Positions 36,072-45,611 of a DNA stretch of 64,000 bases are shown in pieces. The DNA is taken from positions 18,559 through 82,558 of the forward strand of contig CAZAKN010000003.1 in NCBI GenBank assembly GCA_964486065.1, given 5' to 3'. The stretch is from an uncultured Gammaproteobacteria bacterium. Lineage in GTDB: Bacteria; Patescibacteriota; Patescibacteriia; UBA11705; JABHMO01. Both the position numbers and the translations under genes were made by a program. How positions within the stretch are numbered: the stretch's first letter is position 1; every line of letters begins with the position of its first letter. The notes under the pieces are model-generated. The model did not search any database. It was not told where the DNA came from and saw nothing but the letters and a program-made list of their open reading frames with translations.

Positions 36072-36551
36072 ATGCCTTTGAAGTTACATAATTTATCAAA
36101 CAGCAAAAAAAGTAAAAAAAGAGTGGGCAGAGGAAACGCATCCGGTCGCGGGACTTATAGTACTCGTGGAATGAAGGGACAAAGATCTCGTTCAGGTGGT
36201 AAATCAGGCTTGAAAATTAAAGGCTTCAAGCAAAATTTATTGAGAATTCCTAAAATGAAAGGTCAAAAAAGTTTGCATCCGGATAATCAAGTCGTAAAAT
36301 TGTCGGTTTTGGAAAGTAAATATAAAGAAGGAGAACAGGTTAATCCTGGAACTTTATTTGAAAAAAATATTATTTCATCTCTTAAAAAACCGGTAAAAAT
36401 ATTGTATGATAAAGATATCAGCGTTAAATTTGAAGTCGCCGGTTGTTTAGCTTCCGGGAAAGCTCGCGAAGCGATGGAAAAAGCGGGAGGCTCATTTTTA
36501 GATGAAGTTAAGGAAGAGACTAAACAAGAAAAAACAGACAAAACAAAATAA
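36072..36551 (+). CDS. rplO: 50S ribosomal protein L15 (follows S5 directly; no L30 gene)
   Basis: RVGRGNASGRG. Confidence 0.9.
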   Translation: MPLKLHNLSNSKKSKKRVGRGNASGRGTYSTRGMKGQRSRSGGKSGLKIKGFKQNLLRIPKMKGQKSLHPDNQVVKLSVLESKYKEGEQVNPGTLFEKNIISSLKKPVKILYDKDISVKFEVAGCLASGKAREAMEKAGGSFLDEVKEETKQEKTDKTK

Positions 36552-36554
36552 TTT

Positions 36555-37826
36555 ATGTTTGAAAAATTATTACAAATTTGGAAAGTGAAAGAAGTTCGCA
36601 ATAAAATTTTGTATGTTTTGGCAATGTTGGTTATTTTTCGAATAGCGGCTCATATCCCAATTCCGGGAGTAAATTTGGAAAACTTGCGTCAATTTTTCAA
36701 TTCAAATGAAATATTGGGATTGATGAATCTTTTCTCCGGAGGAGGTATGCAGAATTTTTCAATAGTCATGATGGGTATTGCGCCATATATTACTTCATCC
36801 ATTATTTTTCAGCTTTTGGCCATGATTATTCCAAAATTGGAAGAAATGAATAAAGAAGAAGCCGGACGAAGAAAAATTAATATGTGGACCAGAATTATGA
36901 CAGTACCTTTGGCTTTGCTTCAATCTTATGGAATGATTGTCATGTTGAATCAGTCACCTCGTCCGATTATTGCCGATATGAGTTTTATAAATTTGGCTTC
37001 CATGCTTATTACCATTACTGCGGGTACGATTTTCTTGATGTGGATAGGCGAGTTGATTACCGAAAAAAAAGTTGGAAACGGAATTTCTTTATTGATTTTC
37101 GCGGGCATTATCGCCAAGGTTCCCAGCTCAATTCAACAAACTTTGATCAATTTTGATAAAGCGCAAGTAATAAATCTATTGGTTTTCGCCGGCATTGCTT
37201 TGATAACCATTATTGGTGTGGTGATTATAACCGAAGCGCAAAGAAATATTCCGGTTGCTTATGCCAAAAGAGTGCGCGGTCATAAGATGTATGGAGGCAT
37301 GAATACTCACCTGCCTTTGCGGGTTAATCAAGCCGGAGTTATTCCTATCATTTTTGCCATTTCAGTAATTCTGTTTCCTCCTATGGTTTCACAATTGCTT
37401 TTAAGAGTACAGACAGGTTGGGTTCAAGATTTCGCCAACGGCGTAATTAATTTGTTTAATAATCAAATATTTTACGGGGTGTTGTATTTTATCTTGGTTT
37501 TCGCTTTTACATATTTTTATACTGCAGTTATTTTCCATCCTTATCAAATCGCGGAAAATTTACAGAAAAACGGAGGATTTATTCCGGGTATTAGACCAGG
37601 TAGATTTACGGCTGAATACTTGCAAGCGACCATTAGTAAAATTACCTTGACCGGCGCTCTGTTTTTGGCGGCTATAGCGGTTTTACCACTGCTTTTGCAA
37701 AATACCACGGGTATGCAATCAATGGTTATCGGTGGCACAAGTATTTTGATCGTAGTCAGTGTGGTTATTGAAATGGTGAAACAAATAGAATCTCAATTAA
37801 CCATGCGAGATTATGAAGGATTCTAA
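36555..37826 (+). CDS. secY: preprotein translocase subunit SecY
   Basis: 10-TM SecY sequence. Confidence 0.95.
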   Translation: MFEKLLQIWKVKEVRNKILYVLAMLVIFRIAAHIPIPGVNLENLRQFFNSNEILGLMNLFSGGGMQNFSIVMMGIAPYITSSIIFQLLAMIIPKLEEMNKEEAGRRKINMWTRIMTVPLALLQSYGMIVMLNQSPRPIIADMSFINLASMLITITAGTIFLMWIGELITEKKVGNGISLLIFAGIIAKVPSSIQQTLINFDKAQVINLLVFAGIALITIIGVVIITEAQRNIPVAYAKRVRGHKMYGGMNTHLPLRVNQAGVIPIIFAISVILFPPMVSQLLLRVQTGWVQDFANGVINLFNNQIFYGVLYFILVFAFTYFYTAVIFHPYQIAENLQKNGGFIPGIRPGRFTAEYLQATISKITLTGALFLAAIAVLPLLLQNTTGMQSMVIGGTSILIVVSVVIEMVKQIESQLTMRDYEGF

Positions 37827-37848
37827 AATATCAACAAATGAACATATA

Positions 37849-37880
37849 TTAAATAGCTGGAATTTTTCCGGCTATTTTGT
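37849..37880 (+). terminator. hairpin plus T-run (atagctgg-aatttttcc-ggctat-tttg) after secY
   Basis: Stem with one G-U pair followed by a T-run. Confidence 0.45.
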
Positions 37881-37907
37881 TATACTTTATTTATAATTGT
37901 AAAATAT

Positions 37908-38672
37908 ATGCCTAAATTAAAAACAAATGAAGAAATACGGTTACTCAAAAAAGGAGGCGCTATATTGGCTCAAATTTTAGATACTGTGGCAGAAAAAGCT
38001 CAATCCGGAGTAACTACCATGGAATTGGACCAAATGGCTGAAAAGATGATTTTGGAGGCCGGAGGCCGACCTGCTTTTAAAAATTACGGTAAAGGGAACC
38101 CTTATCCCGCGACTTTGTGTACTTCGGTAAATGAAGAATTGGTTCATGGTATTCCTTCTGATTACATCTTGAAAAACGGTGATATTTTATCTTTGGATAT
38201 TGGTATGCAATATCCGGCGGAAGGAGGATTGTATACGGATATGTCCATCACTGTGGCAATCGGCGAAATAGATGAGAAAACCAGAAAATTGATGATGGTT
38301 ACCAAAGAAGCCTTGAATATTTGGATTAGAAATATTAAACCCGGAATTAAATTTAACGAAATAGCAGCTAAAGTTCAAAAGTATGTGGAGCAAAACGGAT
38401 TTTCAGTAATTCGCGATTTGGTGGGACATGGTGTGGGGCACGCGGTTCACGAAGAGCCTCAGTTGCCAAATTATTATTTGCAATATCAAGATTGGAAATT
38501 TTTACCGGGTATGGTTTTGGCTTTTGAGCCAATGGTGGCTTTGGGTGAGTGTCAAGTTGAAACATTGGAAGATGGATGGACGATTGTTACAAGTGATGGA
38601 GAAAAATGCGCGCATTATGAGCATACGATCGCGGTTACCGATAATGGTTGTGAAATAATTACACAAAAATAA
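37908..38672 (+). CDS. map: methionine aminopeptidase type I
   Basis: Metal ligands D, D, H, E, E (GHGVGHAVHEEPQ). Confidence 0.9.
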   Translation: MPKLKTNEEIRLLKKGGAILAQILDTVAEKAQSGVTTMELDQMAEKMILEAGGRPAFKNYGKGNPYPATLCTSVNEELVHGIPSDYILKNGDILSLDIGMQYPAEGGLYTDMSITVAIGEIDEKTRKLMMVTKEALNIWIRNIKPGIKFNEIAAKVQKYVEQNGFSVIRDLVGHGVGHAVHEEPQLPNYYLQYQDWKFLPGMVLAFEPMVALGECQVETLEDGWTIVTSDGEKCAHYEHTIAVTDNGCEIITQK

Positions 38673-38673
38673 T

Positions 38674-39057
38674 ATGAAATATTTGGCGATTGACTGGGGA
38701 AAAATAAAAATCGGTTTAGCAACAGGTAGTGATGAAACAAAAATCGCCAGTCCTTTGAGTATTTTATCGCCAAAAGATTTTTGGGAAAAAGTTGAAACAA
38801 TAATCAAAGATGAAAGCATAGATAGCATAGTTTTAGGCAACCCTTTGAAATTAAACGGTGGAGAAGCGGAAATTGAAGAGTTTATAAAGTTTAAAAAAAG
38901 ATTGGAAAGATTGAGTCGGCCATATTCTTTGGAAGATGAAAGAATGAGCACCAAAGCGGCGGGAAATGTTTATAAGGAATTGGGCATAAAAAATCGTGGA
39001 GATGACGATGATTTGGCTGCGACGCAGATTTTGCAGACATTTTTGGATAGAATATGA
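38674..39057 (+). CDS. ruvX: Holliday junction resolvase-like RuvX/YqgF
   Basis: MKYLAIDWGKIKIGLATG; RNase H-like YqgF fold. Confidence 0.8.
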   Translation: MKYLAIDWGKIKIGLATGSDETKIASPLSILSPKDFWEKVETIIKDESIDSIVLGNPLKLNGGEAEIEEFIKFKKRLERLSRPYSLEDERMSTKAAGNVYKELGIKNRGDDDDLAATQILQTFLDRI

Positions 39058-39707
39058 GCAAACATTTTAAAACCAGAGGTATTGTTTTAAATAAAAGAGA
39101 TTGGCGTGAAAATGATTATATTTTTTCAATTTACACTGAAAATTTTGGTAAGATTAGCGCGGTCGCAGTCGGTTCAAGAAAAATCAAAAGTAAATTAATG
39201 GGGCACTTGGCTTGTCCTGCGTCATTGGAAATAAATTATGTGGCGGGACGCGTGTTCAATAAAATAACTCATGCTTACGCGGAAAAGGGAATTGTTTTGC
39301 AAAGTGATCAAGATTTATTTTACTTAGCCGCACTTTGGGAAGTGGTTGATAAAGCCGTACATGAAGAGGATATTCATAATGGTTTGTGGCAATTGCTTTT
39401 GCGAGCGCAAGAGGAAATATTAAGTCAAATAAGTTCGGCAGGCAAAAAATTGGTTTTCAATGTTTTTGCCATCAGACTGCTTTTATTGCTCGGATATAAA
39501 TTGAATTTACGAGATCAATTGCCGGCCAGTCTTGGCATGAATCAAGAGTTAGCGGAATTGATAACTATAATTGAAAAAGAGCAAAAACCGGAAAACCAAT
39601 CAATTCCCACAAGCCTTAACAATCAATTGACCGTTTTTTTAACAAAATATTTACAATATTTTTTAGAAAGAGAGATTTTCAGTCTGCAATATATCGCTTT
39701 AAAATAA
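39054..39707 (+). CDS. recO: DNA repair protein RecO
   Basis: RecO N-terminal OB fold (GIVLNKRDWRENDYIFSIYTENFGKIS). Confidence 0.7.
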   Translation: MSKHFKTRGIVLNKRDWRENDYIFSIYTENFGKISAVAVGSRKIKSKLMGHLACPASLEINYVAGRVFNKITHAYAEKGIVLQSDQDLFYLAALWEVVDKAVHEEDIHNGLWQLLLRAQEEILSQISSAGKKLVFNVFAIRLLLLLGYKLNLRDQLPASLGMNQELAELITIIEKEQKPENQSIPTSLNNQLTVFLTKYLQYFLEREIFSLQYIALK

Positions 39708-39708
39708 A

Positions 39709-39746
39709 ACAGGTTAAAAGCGTTAAGCACTTTTAACCTGTTTTAT
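39709..39746. terminator. bidirectional terminator (aacaggttaaaag-cgttaagc-acttttaacctgtt plus T-run)
   Basis: Long perfect hairpin between convergent genes. Confidence 0.75.
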
Positions 39747-39764
39747 TTTTATATTGATTGTTTT

Positions 39765-41738
39765 TTATTCTTCTTCGGGCAATATCACCATGCCTTTACC
39801 TTCGGCATATTTATCATGTTCCAAAGCTGAACTCAAGATGTTTTTGGTAATAATCAATTGATCCGCGGTTTTCTTGTCCAGAGCCGTGGCAGTAGTGGTG
39901 GAGGTAAATTTGATAAACTTGTTCAAATCATCATTAGTCGGCGTGAATTCAATGGCGAAAATGGCGGAGGCTTGATTTATGATAATCGGTAAACGATTAA
40001 TTTTCCAGGTTACCGTATTTTTCTCTTCATTATAATTTAATTCACCTACGGAAATATCTGTTTCATTACTCCATACCACAGCATTATTTAAAGTCGCGCT
40101 GACACTGATGTTTCTCGCTTCATGTAAGGAGTTGGTTAAGTCCCAAGCAATATAGATTTTTGTGGTTTTTCCCACTTCCGGTGGCAAGGGGCCTTCTCCT
40201 AAAACATTGCCTTCTACATCATGATAGTAAGCTTTGGCTGTAAGGTTCAAATTGGTTTTCAATTTAATTTCAATCGGTGAACTTTCAACTCTGGGCATTT
40301 GATTTTCTTCAGGGTCAAAATCCAAAACACCAAAAAGGTGCAATTGCAACGGCCGTAGAGATTCCAAATCCTTATCATTGAAATCATTCATTGATTTGGT
40401 GGGCAGTTTTAATTCAATTTCCACTTCTTCATCAGTTGAGAGTTTGGCTAAATCCGGAATTTGTGTTTGATTCCAAGTGATTTCTTTGCCGGCATCGGTT
40501 TTCTGGATTTTTCCGTAATTTTCATCTTCAATGTTGTCCCAGTCAATTATGTCTAATGGAGAGGAGTCCACTAATACGCTAAGTGATACATTGGAGAAAT
40601 CCTGTTCTCCGTTGTTTTTAGCGATTAAAGTAATATTCAAGTCCTCGCCCAAAGTTATGTTTTTATTTTCGGTTGATCCATTGGCAATCAAGTGAACGGA
40701 AACGGCTTGATCAATTATTTTTAAAGGAAATTTCTCTTGTTTTATCAAATAGTAATTGTCAGCTTGATCAGGTAAATAGGCGGAGACTTTCAAAGTTCTA
40801 TCTCTGTCGGAATCTTCAGAAAATTCCAAGTCAGCGGGGAAAAATCCCGAAACAGATATTTTATGCTTTTCTTCATCCGCGAGTAGTTCGGTGAACAACC
40901 AAGTGTTATCATCTTCATATGCTTCCGGTTCAACTTTTTCAATTTCAAAATCATCGGGATAATCAAAAACCAATTTTATTTTTTCAAAATTTGTTTCAGC
41001 GTTATTTTCCAAGTTGATAACAATATCCAATTTTTGTCCGAGTCCGACAGTGCCCGGCAGGGAAGTGTCAAAAGAAATTTCCGGTTCTTTTAAAAATGAA
41101 TTAAAACTGACGGTTTTGGAGAATTCAGCATTGAAGGTTTTGGGTTTAAAAGTCAGTTTTGCCTTCAGTCTTTGCGTGTCATCCAAATCATCAATAATTT
41201 TGCCGATTATCTTTATTGAATCCGTGGCTTGCGGAGAAATATTCCCGATTTGCCAATTTCTATCAAGGCTTTCAGGTTCGGTTTTTTCTATTAAAAGTCC
41301 TTTGGGTGGTTGAATAAAGACTCGCGCGTTTTCCAAAGATACTCCGCCGACATTTTTATAAATAATTTCATATTCAAATTTCTCTCCCATGACCAGTTCT
41401 TCGGGAGCTTTAACGCTTAATTCCACGGCATCCAAATCAAATTTTTTATTATTATCAAAAAAGATAAAACCGGCCACCATGGCGGCCAGTAAAACAATGG
41501 TCAAGAATATGCCGAAAAATATTTTTTGGTTTCGCTTTGTTTTTCTTTTTTGTTCAATAATTTTTTTTAAAGATAATTCGCTTTCTGCGGTCTCGGAATT
41601 TTTAATGGTTTTATCTTGCGCGTCCAAGGTTTGACTTTCTTCATACAAATTAAGCAAAGCTTCCATGGAAGTTATTTTTTCCGGTTCGGACATTTCATGC
41701 TTTTTGAATTTATAATGGCGTTTTTTATGTTTACTCAT
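39765..41738 (-). CDS. type-II membrane protein with a large extracellular beta-sandwich (CARDB/DUF11-like) repeat region
   Basis: Basic N-terminus, single TM helix, then repeated beta-rich segments. Co-directional with and 3 nt from the upstream gene. Confidence 0.5.
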   Translation of the reverse strand: MSKHKKRHYKFKKHEMSEPEKITSMEALLNLYEESQTLDAQDKTIKNSETAESELSLKKIIEQKRKTKRNQKIFFGIFLTIVLLAAMVAGFIFFDNNKKFDLDAVELSVKAPEELVMGEKFEYEIIYKNVGGVSLENARVFIQPPKGLLIEKTEPESLDRNWQIGNISPQATDSIKIIGKIIDDLDDTQRLKAKLTFKPKTFNAEFSKTVSFNSFLKEPEISFDTSLPGTVGLGQKLDIVINLENNAETNFEKIKLVFDYPDDFEIEKVEPEAYEDDNTWLFTELLADEEKHKISVSGFFPADLEFSEDSDRDRTLKVSAYLPDQADNYYLIKQEKFPLKIIDQAVSVHLIANGSTENKNITLGEDLNITLIAKNNGEQDFSNVSLSVLVDSSPLDIIDWDNIEDENYGKIQKTDAGKEITWNQTQIPDLAKLSTDEEVEIELKLPTKSMNDFNDKDLESLRPLQLHLFGVLDFDPEENQMPRVESSPIEIKLKTNLNLTAKAYYHDVEGNVLGEGPLPPEVGKTTKIYIAWDLTNSLHEARNISVSATLNNAVVWSNETDISVGELNYNEEKNTVTWKINRLPIIINQASAIFAIEFTPTNDDLNKFIKFTSTTTATALDKKTADQLIITKNILSSALEHDKYAEGKGMVILPEEE

Positions 41739-41741
41739 AAA

Positions 41742-44357
41742 TTATTTAATGATAATGCCGAGCAATTGATCTCTGTTTAAGGCGGTGGAGAAGTTGATAT
41801 TATCAGTTTCACCGGCGGGCGAAGGATAAACAATCCCACCAAACATATTTTCCGGTAGAATATAGTGTACTTGATATGAAGATGGGATTTGTCCGGATTG
41901 TTTTTGCATAAATAGGGAATGAAAATTGTGGTCATCTTTTTTGCCGAATATACCATCTTCTCGAGATAGATTTAAATGAAAAGGTAACTTGTATTTAATA
42001 ACAACGGTTTTGCTTTCTCCGGGATCAACCTGTAGCCAATTGGCAAAAACCGTTTTATTGAATTGGTGACTGATACGAGTGTCGGTTGGCGGATCAATAT
42101 AGATATTTTTCTCGGTTTTTTCCAAGGTTTCGTCGGTTTGCCAATTTTTATCGGGAAATTCAAAAGCTTCCGCCGGTATTTCACTAAATCCTGAAGCGGA
42201 AATCAATTGACTGCCGATTGGAGTGTAAATTCTTAAATAATCAATATTTGATGTTTGTGAAAAAATATCATTACCACCTTGATGAGTTCTGGTTATCGTT
42301 AAAGTATTGATGATTTCCCCGTTATTTTGTATGTGTGAAACCAGATTGATATCTTGCTTCATGTAAGCATCGGTTTTTTCTCCGCGAATATTGGTATTAA
42401 CCACCATCAAATAATCTTTTGAAGTATTTTTTATTTCGCCACTCCAATTGAAATCAGATATGGTGTTTTGCGCTTTTTCATTTCTGAAATACATTTGTAT
42501 TTCTTTGGTATTCAATCCGTCACGCAATAATTTCATGATTTTTATCAAATCTTCTCCTTGAGAATTGAAAATTTTATCAAGCAGTATCGGCGCCAAGTCG
42601 GTCAGTATTTGTTTGGGTTTGTTTTCTTGTTTATCATATTCAAATTCTACGGATTTTTGAATTTCCGAGATAACATTTTCTGTGGTTAATGTTTTTCCGT
42701 ATGCGGTCATTTCAATCGGACCGGTTATATTCATGATTGCTGGCAATAAATCGGAATTAATGGCGATTACTCCGTCAACTGTGGGGCCACCCGATTTTTC
42801 ATAAAACCATTTTATTTTTTTTGCCGAGGCAGGGAAGTCCGGCCACCAATTGGCATCCTGCATTTCCCAAAGAGGATTTACCAAGTGCAAAGGTTCGGGA
42901 GCAATTCTTTTGGCTATCAATGAGCCTTGCAAGTCAGAAGTTCCGCCTCCGGGGATTTCCATGTCAGTTATTTGCCCTTGATCAATATCAACCAGCGCGA
43001 AACTACCCATGAAACCACCCGTGGCGCGGAGTTCATTTGAATTTTGGAAAACGAATAAATATCTTTTCTTTTGCTCTTGACCTAGAATGTAATTCATCAC
43101 CTTGGTCAGTTGGTGAAGATCTTGTAAATCATTACCGATTATTTCTGTTTGTTTAACTACGGTGTAAAAAAGAGATTGATATTTTTCGGGCAAAGATTTT
43201 GCGCGAACTTGTTTCAATTCAGCTCCGGCGTTGTTTAAATGCGTGGCCACTAAACCGATTTTGTTTTCCACCGCGGAAATCGCGTCTGTCAAATATTCAT
43301 GATCATTGGCCAGAAGTTCAATTATTTGAGTCAGATTTTTGCCGATAATGGCGATTTCTTGTCCAGCTTTAAGGAGATGATCGGCATCTTCCAGATTTGC
43401 TTTGTTGTGTGGCAAAATATTTACCAAAGTTTTTACGCCACCGTTAAGTTCTTCAATTTTTCTTCCGGCTTCATGAAAACGCAAACCAGCATTTTGGAAA
43501 TTGGTTTCCGCCATTTCGGTATTATTTTGAGTTAATGAATTGCCGGCGATTTTTAAATCTTCATAAGCTGCATAAGCATAGGCTTCTATTTTGGCTTTGG
43601 TTTGGCGCAGTTCGTTGACATAGCCGAAAGTTTTGATCGGTAAGACCACGGATAAACAAATTAATAAGTAAACAGCCAAAGATTTATGCCAATTGAAAGG
43701 CAGATTGAAATCATAAAACCAAGGTTTGTGAGTGAATTGTTCATTTTTTTCCGGGATATTTTTTGCTTGTTTTTCACCGGCCGAATGATGTTTTTTTTCG
43801 GTTTTTTCCCGCCAAGCGGAGATCGTAAAAGTATGTTTTTTATTCCCAATTGGTTTTTGAATTGAGTTTTTGCTTTGCCAAAATTTTCGCAATTTTTGTT
43901 TGCGTTTGATTTCCATTTCTTTTTTGGCTTTTAATTCCGTTAAATCTAAAACAAACGGAGAATACTTGGCTCCATCGCTCAACTGTTCCAAAGTAACTTT
44001 TTCCAAACTCAAATCAAGTTTATTTGAAGAAGATGTAGCCGATCGGTTTTTACTTTCTCGACAAGTATTGCTTTTTAAAAGATCTTCCAATTCGCTTTTT
44101 TTTAATTTAAAAGAAAGAGGCTCTTTTTTCGGAGAAGTTTTTTTAACGGTTTTTCGGGATCTTTTCGGGGTGGTTGATTTTTTCTTGGAAGCATTTTTTT
44201 TCTTAACTGAAACAGAAGCTCTCTTGTTTGGAGCTTTTTGCGTTTTCTTTTTCACCACTCGCGCGGTTTTTTTCGCTTTTTTCTCGGAAGCGGTTTGTTT
44301 TTTCGTCGCGCTTTTGTTTTTGGGTTTGGTTTTTTTAGTTTGAGCCTTTTTAGGCAT
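41742..44357 (-). CDS. membrane protein with histone H1-like K-rich cytoplasmic tail and DUF4012-like extracellular domain
   Basis: ~200-aa K/A/T/S-rich N-terminus, one TM helix, large ectodomain (GGGTSDLQGSL..., DGVIAINSDLL). Confidence 0.5.
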   Translation of the reverse strand: MPKKAQTKKTKPKNKSATKKQTASEKKAKKTARVVKKKTQKAPNKRASVSVKKKNASKKKSTTPKRSRKTVKKTSPKKEPLSFKLKKSELEDLLKSNTCRESKNRSATSSSNKLDLSLEKVTLEQLSDGAKYSPFVLDLTELKAKKEMEIKRKQKLRKFWQSKNSIQKPIGNKKHTFTISAWREKTEKKHHSAGEKQAKNIPEKNEQFTHKPWFYDFNLPFNWHKSLAVYLLICLSVVLPIKTFGYVNELRQTKAKIEAYAYAAYEDLKIAGNSLTQNNTEMAETNFQNAGLRFHEAGRKIEELNGGVKTLVNILPHNKANLEDADHLLKAGQEIAIIGKNLTQIIELLANDHEYLTDAISAVENKIGLVATHLNNAGAELKQVRAKSLPEKYQSLFYTVVKQTEIIGNDLQDLHQLTKVMNYILGQEQKKRYLFVFQNSNELRATGGFMGSFALVDIDQGQITDMEIPGGGTSDLQGSLIAKRIAPEPLHLVNPLWEMQDANWWPDFPASAKKIKWFYEKSGGPTVDGVIAINSDLLPAIMNITGPIEMTAYGKTLTTENVISEIQKSVEFEYDKQENKPKQILTDLAPILLDKIFNSQGEDLIKIMKLLRDGLNTKEIQMYFRNEKAQNTISDFNWSGEIKNTSKDYLMVVNTNIRGEKTDAYMKQDINLVSHIQNNGEIINTLTITRTHQGGNDIFSQTSNIDYLRIYTPIGSQLISASGFSEIPAEAFEFPDKNWQTDETLEKTEKNIYIDPPTDTRISHQFNKTVFANWLQVDPGESKTVVIKYKLPFHLNLSREDGIFGKKDDHNFHSLFMQKQSGQIPSSYQVHYILPENMFGGIVYPSPAGETDNINFSTALNRDQLLGIIIK

Positions 44358-44362
44358 AAAAA

Positions 44363-45484
44363 CTATTTCACCGAATTATTGTATATTTGCAAAGTTTTTT
44401 CCGCGCAGTTGCGCCAGGAAAACCTTTTTATATTTTGATAACCTTTTTCCGTCAAGCTACTTTTTAATTTTTCATCATTAACCAAATTGTTTAAAACATC
44501 TGCCATTTGCTTAATATCATGAGGATCAAAGTAAATCGCGGAATCACCAAGTACTTCCGGTAATGAAGTTAAATTTGATGAAGCCACCGGAGTACCACAG
44601 CTTTGCGCTTCAATGGTGACCAAGCCGAAACCTTCAATAAAAGAAGGGATGGTGAAACATTCGGCGGCGGAATACAGGACGGGCAAATCTTGATCTTTAA
44701 TAAATCCCGTGGCAATGATGTCCCCTTTAAAAGGGGAATTGTTTATTTCTTGTCGGATTTTGGTGTAATGTAGATCTTCACGACCGCCTAAAACCAATTG
44801 CAATTCCTTGTTGGTCTGTAATTGTTTTATTAAATTGAACGCTTTGATTAAACTCTCAATGTTTTTATGACTACGCCAAACTCCAACGAAAAATATATAT
44901 TTTTTCGTAATTCCGTATTTGTTCAATATTTCTTTAATTATAGCATAATTTGAGCACTTTTTGAATCTTTCATCCACACCTTCATAGGTGATATTGATTT
45001 TTTCGGGATTGACCCTGAAATTTTTAATAATTCCTTGTTTTGTACTTTGCGAAATGGTAATGATTTGGGAAGCCGAATTTACGGTTTTGCGAAAAACCGC
45101 GCGATAAGCGACTTGTCGCCAGCCGGAGCTCATTTTATGTCCGGGATAATGAAAAGGCGTAATGTCGTGAATGGTGCAAACTGATTTTTTGCGGAACAAA
45201 ATAGGAGAATTAAAATGAGGGAAATGGATTAAGTCAAAGTCATTGGCCATCAATGTCCAAGGAAATTTAAATTGTTCGGCGTAAGTGTACCAGCGATCAT
45301 TGGCCAATATTTTCAATACATTTTCTGGCGTTTTCAAGGAAGAGAAGTAAGGTTCTTTTAAAAATAGCAAATATTGATTGTGTTGATCAATTAAAAAAAG
45401 ATGCTTGGTCAGCTCCTCAATATAAGTGCCAATGCCACTACATTCTTGATTGCCATACATTCGGGCGTCAATTGCGATTTTCAT
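44363..45484 (-). CDS. GT4-family glycosyltransferase
   Basis: E-x7-E region EGFGLVTIEAQSCGTPV. Start ambiguous (45484 or 45493). Confidence 0.75.
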   Translation of the reverse strand: MKIAIDARMYGNQECSGIGTYIEELTKHLFLIDQHNQYLLFLKEPYFSSLKTPENVLKILANDRWYTYAEQFKFPWTLMANDFDLIHFPHFNSPILFRKKSVCTIHDITPFHYPGHKMSSGWRQVAYRAVFRKTVNSASQIITISQSTKQGIIKNFRVNPEKINITYEGVDERFKKCSNYAIIKEILNKYGITKKYIFFVGVWRSHKNIESLIKAFNLIKQLQTNKELQLVLGGREDLHYTKIRQEINNSPFKGDIIATGFIKDQDLPVLYSAAECFTIPSFIEGFGLVTIEAQSCGTPVASSNLTSLPEVLGDSAIYFDPHDIKQMADVLNNLVNDEKLKSSLTEKGYQNIKRFSWRNCAEKTLQIYNNSVK

Positions 45485-45611
45485 ATCTACCATTATAGCA
45501 AATTTTTTACGGTTTTTTAAATGTGTTAACAGCAAATACTTGGATAATGATTGTCTAATTTTAGCCAATTTTGTTTAGAAGCGGTTTTTTTGCTAAGATT
45601 ATCTTATCAAT

